A DNA stretch of 64,000 nucleotides from Cercozoa sp. M6MM (GCA_040357565.1 JBDODJ010000030.1), one strand, 5' to 3'. Shown: positions 17,289 through 29,845, numbered from the stretch's first letter. Numbers and translations are program-made. Notes: generated by a model from the letters alone, not told the origin.

Positions 17289-19456
17289 TAAGTGGCCTGG
17301 TTTGTCGTCAGGATGACATTAGGGGAAGAGGTAATATATTTTAACACTTTGCTGCTTGTTCTAAGACCAGATTTTGGTGTTCATTGGTGAGCAATACTCC
17401 TGGATCTCGACAATTTATCCAGAGCCGGTTCAGCACCCCTTGGGTTACCGCTGAAATAGAACTTTACAATGCGTTCATGTGCTCGCCCAGATCGGATGAT
17501 TGTCTGGTCGTAGCAGCGAGTCAAAATCTGGCATCTGGCTCCGATGTGCGCCGGCGTGAGCAGGTGATTGGACACCTTCAGCACTATAGTTTTAAAAAAA
17601 AAACACGCAAGCTTATCAGCTGTACCCCTCGAGTTGATTCCGAAAATCTGCAAGATCCCGCGGGCGTCACTGGTGAACTTGACAACAGCGTGGTGCTTCT
17701 CGATGAGTCCGATAAGTTTGGCGAAAGCGACTGCACGCAAAGGTACACAAGATTCAATTTTGTACAATGAACCAAAGGTACGAATGTCATCAACGGTGAC
17801 GTCGAGGTACTCCAGCTGCGGGCCGAGCGACTGCTGCATCTCAGTGATGCTCACAGCAGGGCCAAGAAGTCCTTCGCGCTCTTCAGCCTGGTTGCGCTCG
17901 CTAATCTGCAGAACGCTATCGAGCAGCAAAGTCACAAACTGGCGCACGCGGTGTGGAGGCATGTGAAGCATCTTCGCTGGCGGGAGGTTTTCTTCGCCGG
18001 CCAGCACGCCCGAAATGTTTGCAAACACCATCAAGTTTCGGTCGCAATTTGTACTGAGAAACAAAACGACCACTTCAATAAGCAACTGAGGTTAAATTTA
18101 AATTTAAACATACAAATCGGTGTGCTGGCGTAGCACTGTCAGCGAAAGGGCCTCCTCGCTGTCGCGTGGTCGAATGCTCGACAGACTCGTGCTGTTGTCG
18201 AGCATTAAATTGAGCGCTCTCTTCGTGAAAGCAAAAGTAGTAAACCAACGTCAGTTCACAGCTATAAAATACGCTTTCTACCTGCAAAACCGATCGCTCT
18301 GTCATTCGCAGGTGTTGAATTTCTGTGTTGCCCAAAAGTGCGTCATCAGATGCCTTCTGAGGCGAGTCATCGAGTCGGACTCTCAAAGGCTGTGGCGGCA
18401 CAGAAATTAAGCAGAAAGACTAGTAAAGACGAAAATAGTAAAGATTATTACCGTGGAAAGCTTGTGCTGGCCGAGATGCTTCGCTTCATGCAGTATTCTC
18501 ACGGCGTAGGCGGCCTCGCGAGGAGAGCCAAAGACTGCTGTGCCGCGACGACCGATCTTAGCGCCTCTGGATGCTTTCAGTTCAAAGTTCAGCAAGTTGC
18601 CGCACGAGCGAAGAGCTTTTTCAACCACCTGAGCACAATCACCATGTGCAAGAACAGCACACACTCAAAGCTACGGTATTGTACCTCAGTTGGAGTCTGT
18701 CCCGGAGCCTTTATGCGTACCGTGCAAGCAGGATTAGCTGTCACAATTACCGTGGCTGGTTCGTGAGTTTCAAACGTGGTACGTCCGCGCGGTGTCGACA
18801 CGGTTGACTCGCTACTGATTGAATGCACAGATGAGACTGGACTAGTAATTGTGTGTCGCGGAGGCAGCAACGAGCTCAGCGGCGAAACGCTATGCAAGAA
18901 AAACCGAAAATAGTCATTTCGTATACTAGAACTATATACATTACTTGTCAAAAACGGGAAGTCGCTCTTTGATAAAGCAAGCAACCGCTGTGAGTTGTGG
19001 GTTGCTGCGACTCTTGACTCGCCTTCCACAAAGCAACTCTCCCTGTGAGACAAACCCACAGCGCGAAAAGGCAAACTGAAAGTTCACCTCAGCACTGGGA
19101 GAAGTGCTCTTGCGATCGACAGGTTGTGCAGGACCAGCCGGATGTCTTGATAACCTTGTTTCTCATTGAGGACGAGTGTCGCTTCGCTCACAAACTCAAT
19201 GTCGTCCACGAGGCGCACACATTCGACTGTGACAGCCGGAAAAGCATGCTACAAAACAGGTTACACCCAGACCCGATCCTCCATGCAAAGGACTTGATAC
19301 CTCGAACCCCATAAACCGCTGCAGAAGCTCAGTCCGGCCAATAAGTATGATGTGCGCAAACTGCTCGCTTCCAAAAAGAACTTTGACAAACTGCTCGCTT
19401 CCAACGTCTGTCAGCTCGGCTGCTAATTTCTCGTCACAGGACACCACTAGCAACAT
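17076..19456 (-). CDS. Hypothetical protein with RRM-like and possible LOTUS/OST-HTH-like segments
   Basis: VEKALRSCGNLLNFELKASRGAKIGRRGTAVFGSPREAAYAVRILH is RRM-like, and AVSITEMQQSL...FAKLIGLIEKHHAVVKF is LOTUS-like. Boundaries are approximate. Confidence 0.45.
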
Positions 19457-19635
19457 TTTGCTAACTACGTGCCATTCAAGCGAGATTAGGTGGTCGAGAC
19501 CCCCTATGCCGAAGGACAGGGTTCCTGACCGTCATCATCCGGCGGAACCAGATAATTCTTTTGTTTTTTATTTTTTTTTCTTTTCGCTCTCCTCACACAG
19601 ACTCGGAAGATTCCTTCGAAGATGACGCGCTGCTT

Positions 19636-20812
19636 TCACTCAACGGTGTCGTTTTGGCGACTTCTGGATGTGGACCCGCTAAAGTCATGAAGTTGCTCCT
19701 GCAATTCTGCTTTTTCGAACACAGGCTCCTCTTTGCTGTGAGATGTGCTGGTGCATTTGACGCCAAAAGCTACGACGAGGCAGATGCAGCATGAAGCAAG
19801 GATCAACAGTGGCACCAGCAATGCTATAGACACGTCTGAGTCATCGGAAGCCTGCGGGTTGTCCGCTTCGGGAGGAGAAGGCGTTGCTCCAGGGAGGGTG
19901 GTCGTTGTAGTGTTGGCAAGCGCCACACAAGCCGGGAAGCTTGGTGCCAGCAGCCCCGTTGAAGTCGAGCATCTCGGAATTGCCGCTCCGCTTGGGACAC
20001 CAAAGTTCGGGTTGCATACAGGTGCGCATGGTTGGTCTGCCAGTACGATGGGGCCTTGGCAAGGAGCCCCATTCACAACGGTCGTGTTTCTGCACGCACT
20101 TGCGTTGTTTCATGAAGCTAAAGCATAGAAATAGAGTCTCTGATTTTTACACGTCGCTAATGTTGCATGCCGCGTTTGAGGAAAACTGCAGTTGTAGATT
20201 GTCGCACAGGTTGCTGCCACTGCCGGCTTGGGAGCACGCCACCAACTTCACAAGTTCAATTGCGAGTAAAAGTCAACTTCACTTCCAGTCGAAGGAGTTT
20301 CAAATATACCAAACACGCGCCTCGGTTGGTGGAAATGTCACGAAGCGTCTGCGACGAGAAGTTGCACATCTGCATTGAGCTGTCGTTGTCGAAACCGCAA
20401 GAATCAATCGCCCCAATGCGGATGCTCTGAAGTGTTGTTGCTGAGACCCGCTGTTCTCCAACGTCACCTGCTGAAACGCCAAGCGACATCGTACACACAT
20501 CGTAAGTCGTCAAGAGCATCTTTACAACCACAGTGGAATGCTCAATATGCTACTGAATTCAAACGTGTTCCTCGCGAATACCTCGCTCCGTGTGCCGGTA
20601 GCGCCGCTCGAGTTTGTTCTTTGAAGTGAAGCCGACACAAGAGCGGTATTGAACGCATTCAGATCGCACCAGCGTGCAGTTACACCAACCTAAGGCATAC
20701 AATATCTTACCGAAACTAACTATCACAAAATTAAAGTGGAAGACGAGTATGTTACATCTCCGGCAACGCTCAGAGCAGGCAGCAGCGTGCTAACTGAGCA
20801 AACTGCTGTCAT
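19636..20812 (-). CDS. Single-pass membrane protein with Cys-rich (sushi-like) ectodomain
   Basis: NGAPCQG...CAPVCNPNF...RCSTSTG...PACV is followed by a Thr/Pro stalk, a TM segment (IALLVPLLILASCCICLVVAFGV) and a short tail. The 5' end is uncertain. Confidence 0.6.
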
Positions 20813-21098
20813 GTTGTTTCAACGTACATTCTACGTACTGGAAGTTGTGCTTCGGACTTCCGAGCTCTGCAGGTTGCCCAGAAACAGTCAAAACTGAAAA
20901 GCGTAACAGGAGCGACAAATAAAACTCCAGTTTTACTGTACGCTACTGTACTTTTTTAGCACTGCCGTTGGCCGTTTGGAGCAAACCGACATGTGCCGAC
21001 TTGAGGTGACCTCTCAGTGTGTCGGCAGGGACTGAGTTTAACTTTGCATTCAAGGATCTGATTTGATGGCTTCTGAGGGTTTACATTGATGTAAAAGC

Positions 21099-23180
21099 AT
21101 GGCACATCCCTCCTTCAAGCTCAACGGTGCCATTGTGCCCGCTCCGACTGTCATTCGCAGTGGTATTTTTTGAACTGAAATGAACTGACAGTAAATTCAT
21201 TTTCTGTAGCTGTGGCTGGTGTGTGATGATAAAATTGCGCTTTTGCAGGAGACTTGCTTTGTGGACGCGCTGCGCTCATTGTGCACGCGCCGGCGAGGCA
21301 ACAAGAGGTTCCTGTCGTCGCAGCGAGTGTGCTCTTGGAGCTTTTGCAGCACCGTGTGTGTCAAACACGCGAACGACAGGCCTTTGTGGATATCGTCAAT
21401 ATAATGCATGAAACTAGTTCAACTGTACAAAGAATCTTGTCTGCAGTTTGTGGAATGAACCAAAGGGGGTGATTTTCTTGAGTAGATCGCCCGCGTGGAG
21501 CTTTCCCCCAACATTCCTTTGTACGACATCAATCGAGCCGGAGAGCCCAACGAAGGCAGTGTCGTGGCCGAACACGCATGGTCCTTCGTAGCCCCAACGA
21601 GACGTTCGCTACCGCCAACATCGCGCTTTTTCACACATAGTACTCGCTCGCCCGGAGGATCACGACTCGTCTTTATCACGTATTCGGTCCGTTTGCATTG
21701 TTCTTCCTGTACTGTACTGTAACATCACACTGTCCGCCGCTGCTGTTTATCAATAAGTTGACAGCTACGACTCATGGTTTCGATTGCGACGGAAGAGGGT
21801 GAAACAGAGGTGGCCCGCGTTCCCATCAAGGTGACCACACGGCCACCAAGTGCAGCAGAACTGAGACCATTACGACTGGCAGAAGGAAGAATCTGCGTAC
21901 CTCCTTTCAAGCGCTGTTGCGCTTGTGTCTTCCGAGAGGAGTTTCCGCCGACTCCACCCGAGTTCTCTGTGGAGTATGTCGCGTTGCTTTCAACTGAGTC
22001 AACTGAGATATGAAGTGTGCAACGTGTGTTTGCAAGCAGGTGGCTTTTTCTTCAGCGTGGTGTAGTTTGCGGCCCGGGTGCCCTCGACTTTGCTCGGCAT
22101 CTGCACTCGTCGGAAGAGCGCTTGCGTATGTCGATAGATCGTTTTTCCCACCTTTAAAACGGATTGTTGTTGCAGCGTCGATTCGAACGATGGCTAAACG
22201 TCTCCGCGACGATCCTCGCTTCATCTTGCGCATGTCACTCAAAGTGACCAACGACAGCAACAGGTAAAGTTAACTTTCAACAGTTGTGCATTTCTTCCCT
22301 CTCAGTGATTGTTTGGCGTCTCCTCCCTTCAGTCCGGTGCAGGTCAGAGTGCGACTCTGTCACAACATGGTGTGCTTGAGCGAAGACGAAGAGGCTTCGC
22401 AGACAGTGCAGGTGCCGATCTACGGCGAGATGCGAACGATTGCGCGTGCCAGAGCGGTGAGCGACTTTGCACCCTCGCTAATGCAGCGACGCAGCTTGCG
22501 TCGTGCCACAAGTGTTGTCGATGCCTTTAGCGAGTCTGAGATGCACTTTGAAATCAACACGTTGCGAGGCACGTCGATGGGACTCCTGCGCAATGCGCTC
22601 ATTCGTGATTCGGCACTCAGTGTACAAAATCACACAAACTGCCTCTGAAAGCACTGGGTAAATTTGCTTTTTGCAGTATCTCGCGCCTCCCGACCCATCG
22701 CAGGACACCAGCATTCGAATCGCAGCCAGAGCTTACGTTTTTATCGATATCCGCCGAAAGCATAAAGTACCATTCTGTACCACATCAACAGCCTACGGTA
22801 TACTATGCTTCAATTGCGTGATTCAGTTCCGTCGCTCAAAATGGTCCTCCGAGATGGATCTGTCCGCGCGGACCTGTGGCAGAGTGCTGATCCCTGTTCG
22901 ACTTTTGAACTCGATCTGGTTTCCTGGGAACGACACTGAGACTGAACGCGCCATGTTTAGGCACGTTGTCAGTGCACTGCCGTCGGCACAGGTGCAGCGC
23001 GAGCCTGTCGATGTTCATCACGAACTTAACGACGTGAGCGAACTCGAGGACCCGAGCAACTTTGATACAACAACAACGTCGCACGGTACAAGCACAATTT
23101 CGGTGATTTCGCAAACTCCAACCACTCACTTGTCGCCCATCGCTCCTCAAGTGCCGGAAAGTGACCGGCAGTCCCGATAG
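21099..23180 (+). CDS. Hypothetical multi-exon protein
   Basis: A run of plus-strand exons separated by ~55-nt GT-AG introns, ending ...PESDRQSR*. Confidence 0.5.
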
Positions 23181-23373
23181 TTCTTTCCTGTATCGATGCT
23201 ATCGCGACTAAAATTACCGAATGAAAAATTGCCTGGACTAAAACTTGGACGATCAGTTTAATGTGCGGTACATTCGATTGTTAGTATGACTAAAAGTCGA
23301 CTCGTCTATTGTACTTGACGGACGGCGCAGTTGCTTGTCCGACCGGGCGACTCGTGTGCTGTAAGACTTCAGT

Positions 23374-24666
23374 TCAGACAAACTGCGCAAGGACAACCAA
23401 GAGGGCCGCCGCAGACAGCTGGAGAGCGCTTGCGCCGTTGGGTTGGTCGCCGTTGCCGTCCTTGTTGGCGTTAGTGCCGTTGGATTTGGTGAGTGAAGCG
23501 GCCAGTGCCACGAGCTGTTGCACCGTGGCGTTGAGTTCAGCAACCTGTGCAATTGTCATTTCAGTTCCTTCTATACAATGACAATAAGCACGAAACAATA
23601 CCTGCTGTTCCAATGTCGCGATGGTGTAATTATGACTGTCCGTCTGGCAAAAACAAACAACATTATAAGATGGGATAAACCGTGCTGTAAGTTTAGTGAT
23701 ATATATATATATGTTTATACAGCGAATGTACCACAGACTCGAGCACAGTGATTTGAGAGTATTTCGTGCTATCGTTGGCTTGAAGACCAGAGACCTGCTG
23801 TTCGAGAATTCTGACATCCCCATCCAGTGTCTCAATGCTCTGATTGAAGCTCGTGGCTTGTTGTTCCACCGAATCGACACGCATACTCAACGAGTCGACG
23901 ACGGCTTGCACCGACGAAACGTTGCCGGCGTTGTCTTCCACTTTGACTGCGAGCACCTGGAGCACCGACTCGTGCGCAGCGACGTTCGCGCTGAGGTCGG
24001 GCGGGATCTCGACGAAACTGCCCGAGTCGTAGGTCTCGGCACACGTGATGGCGGAAGCCTCGGTCGACGTCGGTTGCAAACACTCAGAGGCAGCACTCGC
24101 GGAGAAGACTGCCTCGACACGAGTCTGACCCGAGGCAGACGTTTTCAAAGTCACTGTTGCTGCGTCGGCGAAACTGTCATCTGCCTTGATGCATCCACTG
24201 CAGAGACCAGGAGTTTCACAAGACAGAACAGACACACAAACTGTACCAGTTGATCGATGTCATCGAGGAAACACCAATGCCGTAGACGTCCGGGTAAGTG
24301 ATGAGGTTCGCATTCGCCACTGCTGTGTCATGGTCGAAACGTGCAGTTCCAAAACCCTGCAACAGTCACCTCTTATGCTCAGTTTGATGGATACTGTAAT
24401 TTTACCTTGTTGACGTTCGTGTTCGTCATTTTGGCGCCAGAAAAAGCCGCCGCTGAGCTCGTGTAGACTGCACAAAAAGAAGTACAACACAACAACTGAC
24501 GCTGGTTCAGCAAAGGGAAAGGCGTTACGCGGAGTGACACTTCCGCTGCTGGGACTTGAGCAACTGCCGGGATTGCCCTGACAACAAAATACTTGAACGA
24601 TTTAGCACACAGGCAAATTAAGATAAAGTAAACTAACCGAAACGACGCGGCAGACAGCAATTTCAT
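23374..24666 (-). CDS. Putative GPI-anchored coiled-coil surface protein
   Basis: A small Cys-containing domain and a heptad stalk (VSSVQAVVDSLSMRVDSVEQQ...LEQQVSGLQ) precede a C-terminal NGASALQLSAAALLVVLAQFV*. Confidence 0.6.
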
Positions 24667-24903
24667 CGACGACGACTTGATCAAACACATGTGCAGAGGC
24701 ACCGGCCAGCATGGCTGTCAACAGGAACGGAAAAGAAGCTCGCATCGCTGTGTGCTTCAGTTAAGACGACGGAGTCAAAAACTCGACAAAAGACTAAGAA
24801 CGGTAGCGTGGTGTGAAAACGAGCAGCAAAGGGAACACATACGTGCAACTGGGTCGTTGACTGAAGCACCCACTGGAGCTGACGATGACTGAACCCGACG
24901 ACT

Positions 24904-24976
24904 GTGATCGTTTTTGATCATTTGGCCGCCTAAAGACAGTGATCGTTTTTGATCATTTGGCCGCCTAGAGACAGTG
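24904..24976. repeat. 35-bp tandem duplication
   Basis: GTGATCGTTTTTGATCATTTGGCCGCCTARAGACA occurs twice with one mismatch. Confidence 0.9.
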
Positions 24977-25014
24977 CTTGTACCTGCTACTCGCTGTACT
25001 GTACTAGTTTTCGC

Positions 25015-25205
25015 ATGAGTGGCAAGCCTGAGACCAAGACAGCGGCAGAGCTCGTGGCCGACAACGCAGGTTTTCCCGACTCTTTGTTGCTCTCGGTGGA
25101 CGAGTTTCTGTGAAAAGCGCAGGTGCCTCGGGTGCTCCTGCCGAAAAGACACCAGCTGTGGTGCCCACGACCACGTCAGTTAGCGGACCGCCACCTCCAG
25201 TCTAA
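25015..25205 (+). CDS. Candidate spliced 45-aa microprotein
   Basis: ATG at 25015 and a 53-nt GT-AG intron at 25070-25122 give the in-phase product MSGKPETKTAAELVADNAGASGAPAEKTPAVVPTTTSVSGPPPPV*. Confidence 0.4.
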
Positions 25206-25236
25206 CTGAACCCAGCAGCGCAACAAATTCCAAACT

Positions 25237-25393
25237 CTTCAAGTCGACTTCGGTGTCTTGGGGAACATCAAAAGGGGAGTTGGATGGTCCTCCTTAAGCG
25301 GGCGGTTGTCACGGCCATGCTCTTGAGACCCACCCCAAACTGGTGCAGGGGAACCACATATTTGGTTTCCTAGAGACTCATCTAACTAACTAA
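25237..25393 (+). mobile_element. 5'-truncated non-LTR retroelement 3' tail, homologous to 39203-39355
   Basis: Colinear similarity to the LINE 3' UTR with a (CTAA)n end. It is flanked by AAATTCCAAACT (25225-25236) and AAATTCAAAACT (25392-25403), an 11/12 TSD. Confidence 0.85.
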
Positions 25394-25486
25394 ATTCAAA
25401 ACTTTCGTTCAGTTTTACGTTCTTGGAAAACGAGATTGAAACAAAGACGTGGAATGTGTCCCAGCGCAGTATACGGCGTGGCGTGA

Positions 25487-26601
25487 TTAGGAGCGCACAG
25501 GCGTGCCGAGGAAGCGCTTGCCGGTGCGTTCCTCCTCGCGGTGCACGGCCATGAAGAGCGACGAGTGACCGGCGGCGGCCACGAGACGCACGTCCTGCCC
25601 TGCCAGTGCCGCCACCGGCGAGAACTCGCTGCGTTTCGGCACGTACTGCGCAGGAATAGGGGCATAGCACATAGAGGCATAGCACATAGGCATAACACAT
25701 AGAGTCATAGTCAGGAGGCACAGAGGGAAGGAGGGTAGGGTGACTCACCTTGGGATCAGCACCAAGCTGTCCACGCGCATTGTCGCCAGTAGTCATAACG
25801 ACACAGTCGGTCTTGTTGCCGTCATCGCCACCTTGCTCGTCGTCGTTGGTGTGGTCGATCTCGCCCATGCCTGCCGAGGTGTCACTACCCGGAGGGGAGC
25901 AAGGGTAGGGAGGGATCGGGTAGGGTGGAGGTAGAGGGTAGGGTGGGGGAGGGGATATGGGATAGGGGTAGAGGGTAGAGGGTAGAGGGTAGAGGGTAGA
26001 GTTAGAGGGTAGGGTAGAGGGTAGGGTAGAGGTAGAGGGTAGAGGGTAGGGGTAGAGTTAGAGGGTAGAGGCTGGGGTATAGGTAGAGGGTAGAGGGTAG
26101 GGAATAGGCTACCTGACCACAATGACGGTATGTCGCAGACCACAGGCCACGTGTTTCACGGCAAAGGACTGCGCCAGTCGCTGCACCAGTTTCGGTCGCA
26201 GCACGGGCCGCATCGTGCCCTCCACGCCGAGCTGTCCATGCAGGTTGCTGCCCCACACGTACAGTCGCGACGGCGGACAGCCCAGGCGGCGCTGCAGCTG
26301 CGATTTCACCACTGGGGGCAAGGGATAGGGTAGGGTAGGGTAGGCAGAGTGTCGGGGGGGGGGGGGGGGGGGTATGGGGGTAGAGATACATTCGATAGCG
26401 ACGGAGTGCACAGCGCCGGCGTCGATGTCGACCACGGTGCCGTCCTTGGTGACGTTGACTTCCGTGGGCGCGTGCCGGTCGTTCGTGTCGCCGACGCCGA
26501 GTTGTCCATTGGCGTTCCAGCCCCAGGCCCACACATGCGCCGACGACATCGCCAACGTGTGTCGGGAACCACAGGCCACCTGGGAGAAAGGATAAAGGAG
26601 G

Positions 26602-26648
<47 letters not shown>

Positions 26649-26748
26649 NNNNNNNNNNNNNNNNNNNNNNNNNNNNNNNNNNNNNNNNNNNNNNNNNNNN
26701 NNNNNNNNNNNNNNNNNNNNNNNNNNNNNNNNNNNNNNNNNNNNNNNN

Positions 26749-26794
<46 letters not shown>

Positions 26795-28581
26795 GCGGGG
26801 GGGGGGGGGCAGGGTAAGGGTATGGACACCTTGCGCACACGTCGCTTCTTGGCCTCGGCCTTGGTGAGCGGCGAGTCGCTTCGGTCCTCCTGACTTTCGT
26901 CCTGCAAGGACGAGAAGACATCTTCCAGCGGCGTTGGCGTCGCTGTCGCTGACTGTTGCTGCACCACGTCGAGTTGTGTCACCACGCGTGGCAGCAGCAG
27001 GGCTGGCAGGGCCGTCAGGGTGCCTCCACCTGGCGGGCAGGGGTAGGGGTAGGGGTAGGAGTAGGGGTAAGGGAAGGGTAGGGGTAGAGGCAAGGGAAGG
27101 TAGGGGTAGGGGTAAGGGTAAGAGAAGGGTAGGGTAGGGGTAGGGGTAAGGGAGGGTAGAGGCAACCCTACCAAAGGAAGCATTGGGCACATCAGTGACG
27201 GCATAGATGACGCCTTCGTCGTCATCGCTCTCCTGCAGCTCCGGTAGCGTCGTGTAGCCAAAGCCATTGGCATCGATCACGGCCATCACCGAGTCCGCCT
27301 GCGGCACCGGCGGCGTCGACGGCGGACATCCGCACTGACCGCAATCGTTGGCACCCTACCCAGAGGGGTATAGGGCGGGGTGTATGGGGTCTAGAGGGTA
27401 GGGTACTAAGGGGTAGTACCCAACAGAAGACGCGGCCATCGCGAGCCACTGCAACTGAATGCTGCGCACCTGCCGCCACCGACTCAATGTGCAAGCCTTC
27501 TTTGCTCTCGTTGCTCTGGGGTAGGGTATCGGTAGGAGGCAGGTAGGGTAGGATGCAGGTAGGGGTAGGGGTAGGTGTAGGGTAGGGTAGGGTAGAGGCA
27601 GAGGAGTAGGGGTAAGGGTAAAGGTAGGGACAGGATAGGGTAGAGGCAGGGTAGAGGTAGAGGCAGGGTAGAGGTAGAGGGAAGAGGTAGAGGGTAGAGG
27701 TAGAGGTTAGGAGTAGGGTACCTGAACAAAGCCGGGGAAGTCGACCAGCGTCGGTTGCGAGGCGTCCAGTGTGTGACCCAGACCAAGCTGTCCCATAAAG
27801 TTACTGCCCCAGGCCAAGACGCGACCTCGCTCTGTCACGGCCAGAGTGTGCGAGTCGCCACAAGCCAGTTGCCGCACCACCGACAGTGCCGGCGCGATCG
27901 GTCGCAGTACGCGCGGACGGAACGAGTCCACGGGAAGACCGGTGCCGACCCTGCTGCCGGCACCGACGAGTTTCACGGCACCGCCCGACTGCGCCACCAC
28001 TGCCACTAGGTGCTACTCAAGGGGCACGAGTAAAGGGGGTACAGGTAGGGAGAGGTAGGGGTAACAGGTAAAGGGCAAAGCACCTGTGGACCCACGGCAA
28101 TGTCGCGCACAAAGCCAATGCGCATGTGCGAACTGCCCGAAGCAGAAAGCTGCTGCACCACCGTTGGTTTGTCTTGCGAGGCCTATCTCAAGGTACAACC
28201 ATAGTACTAAAATTCAGGTACTGACATGTCTGTGTGTACAGGGAATGTACACTCGGGTAGCCATTGCCGAACTGTCCCCAGTCATTGCAGCCGCACGCGT
28301 AACAGTCAAACGTCAATTGACGTCCCTTGGTGTCCGTTTGGTCGCGCAAAGTGACTGCCTGTACTCATGCGAGTCTACTCATACCAAGCATAGGAAGACA
28401 AGGTCAAAAGCCTACAGTGCCGCCGATGCCGCCACCTCGCTCACGCTCGCGTTGCATAGCACGCAATGCGTTGGCCTGGTCGCGCAGGGCGTCCACGTCC
28501 AAGTCACCTCTCGACAGTGCGTACAACGCTTGCACCCACGCGTCCAACTGTTAACATAGTACAGAGCTAAAAGGTGTGTGT

Positions 28582-28644
<63 letters not shown>

Positions 28645-29339
28645 GGCAAGCTAACAATACCTCTTGCTCATCGCGACAGGCAAGATCGAGCGATTCTACT
28701 CTCGCGTCGGCAGCAGCGTTGCTCGCGCGGTAAAAGATACTACATACAAACTCCAGTCACACACACACACACATACATACACGTAGTTAGCAGTAGAGAC
28801 TGAATGTACCTGAAACAAACATTTTGGAGATCGTCGCGTTGCGCCTTTTGAAACTTGGCCGTGTGCTGTCCGACACGCACTTCGAGAATATCGTCCATCG
28901 GCACCTGCGTGCGGTCCGAGCGCTTGCTACTGTGCCAATGCAGGGTCCGGTAGTCGGTCGACAACCAGAACTCGCGTGTCTTTGGGTGACCCTTGCTACC
29001 GAACTTGAGCAGCGGCGTTTTCTAAATGAAAGCATACTCAGTCAGCAGTTGCAACTCTACATTCTCAAGGTTTTGAGAGAGAACCAACCTCCTTGATGCG
29101 CTCGATTGCTCGCACGAGATCTTCGTTGAGTTCAAGTCGCTTGCGACGCATGTTCAAGTCCTGCAGCTTCGCGAACGTCTCTCGCACACCGGCCTTGTTC
29201 GAGCTCTTGCCCTACACGGAGAGTCGAGCGAACTGAAGAGCCGAGAACTGCAAGCAAGGCACCAAGCTACCAAAGTGCCGAACTGAGACTTGCGACGCGG
29301 CTTGCGCCCGCCGGCAAAGATCGACTTGCGCTTGTCCAT
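25487..29339 (-). CDS. PH domain + RCC1-repeat protein
   Basis: PLC-type PH domain (LKFGSKGHPKTREFWLSTDYRTLHWHS...ILEVRVGQHTAKF) followed by RCC1 blades (LACGDSHTLAVTERGRVLAWGSNFMGQLGLG; VACGSRHTLA...WAWGWNANGQLGVG; VACGLRHT). Confidence 0.85.
25895..27722 (-). repeat. Degenerate (TACCC/TACCCTC)n repeats filling several introns
   Basis: Tracts at ~25895-26110, 26310-26390, 27040-27165, 27355-27420 and 27520-27722. Confidence 0.9.
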
Positions 29340-29845
29340 ATTGTGCAGGCTTGGCTGTTGGCACCTCCGGACGACGATCGACTTTCGTGGCTCACTGGTC
29401 CACTCAGTGCACCAACCCCGTAGCACAGGCGACAAAAAACACTCTGCACGTCCGTCTGCACGAGTCTCACGGCCTCTATGCACTCACAAAGCGCTGACAA
29501 TTTTGGGATCACTGGAGCCGATAGAAGAGCCACTCGAGCTGGAGAAAGTGGCCCCAAACGCTTGTGTACTCATTCCTACGTGTTGTTGTTATCTCTTAAC
29601 ACAACACTCAAGACTTAAGAGACACGTGACTGCGCGTTGAAGACTTTCCGCGCGGAGCGTGTAAATTTATTGGATTCTGCTGTTCGGCGACCTGCGCAGA
29701 TCGGAAAAGCAAAAGCGAACTCTCCCTTTCTTTTTGTCGTCCGCACTTTGAGGACGTCATTGCACTGTACCATCAACTGACAGTTATTATGCAAGAAGCC
29801 AAGACAGCCGGTACGTTTCTACTGCATTTGTGCAAATCGCGATCA

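Noticed and set aside
24904-24976. CRISPR-like repeat
   Set aside because: Two adjacent copies with no spacer, no cas genes, and a eukaryotic context.
25895-27722. Interstitial telomere or chromosome fusion site
   Set aside because: The repeats are degenerate, not TTAGGG arrays, and are confined to introns of an intact gene.
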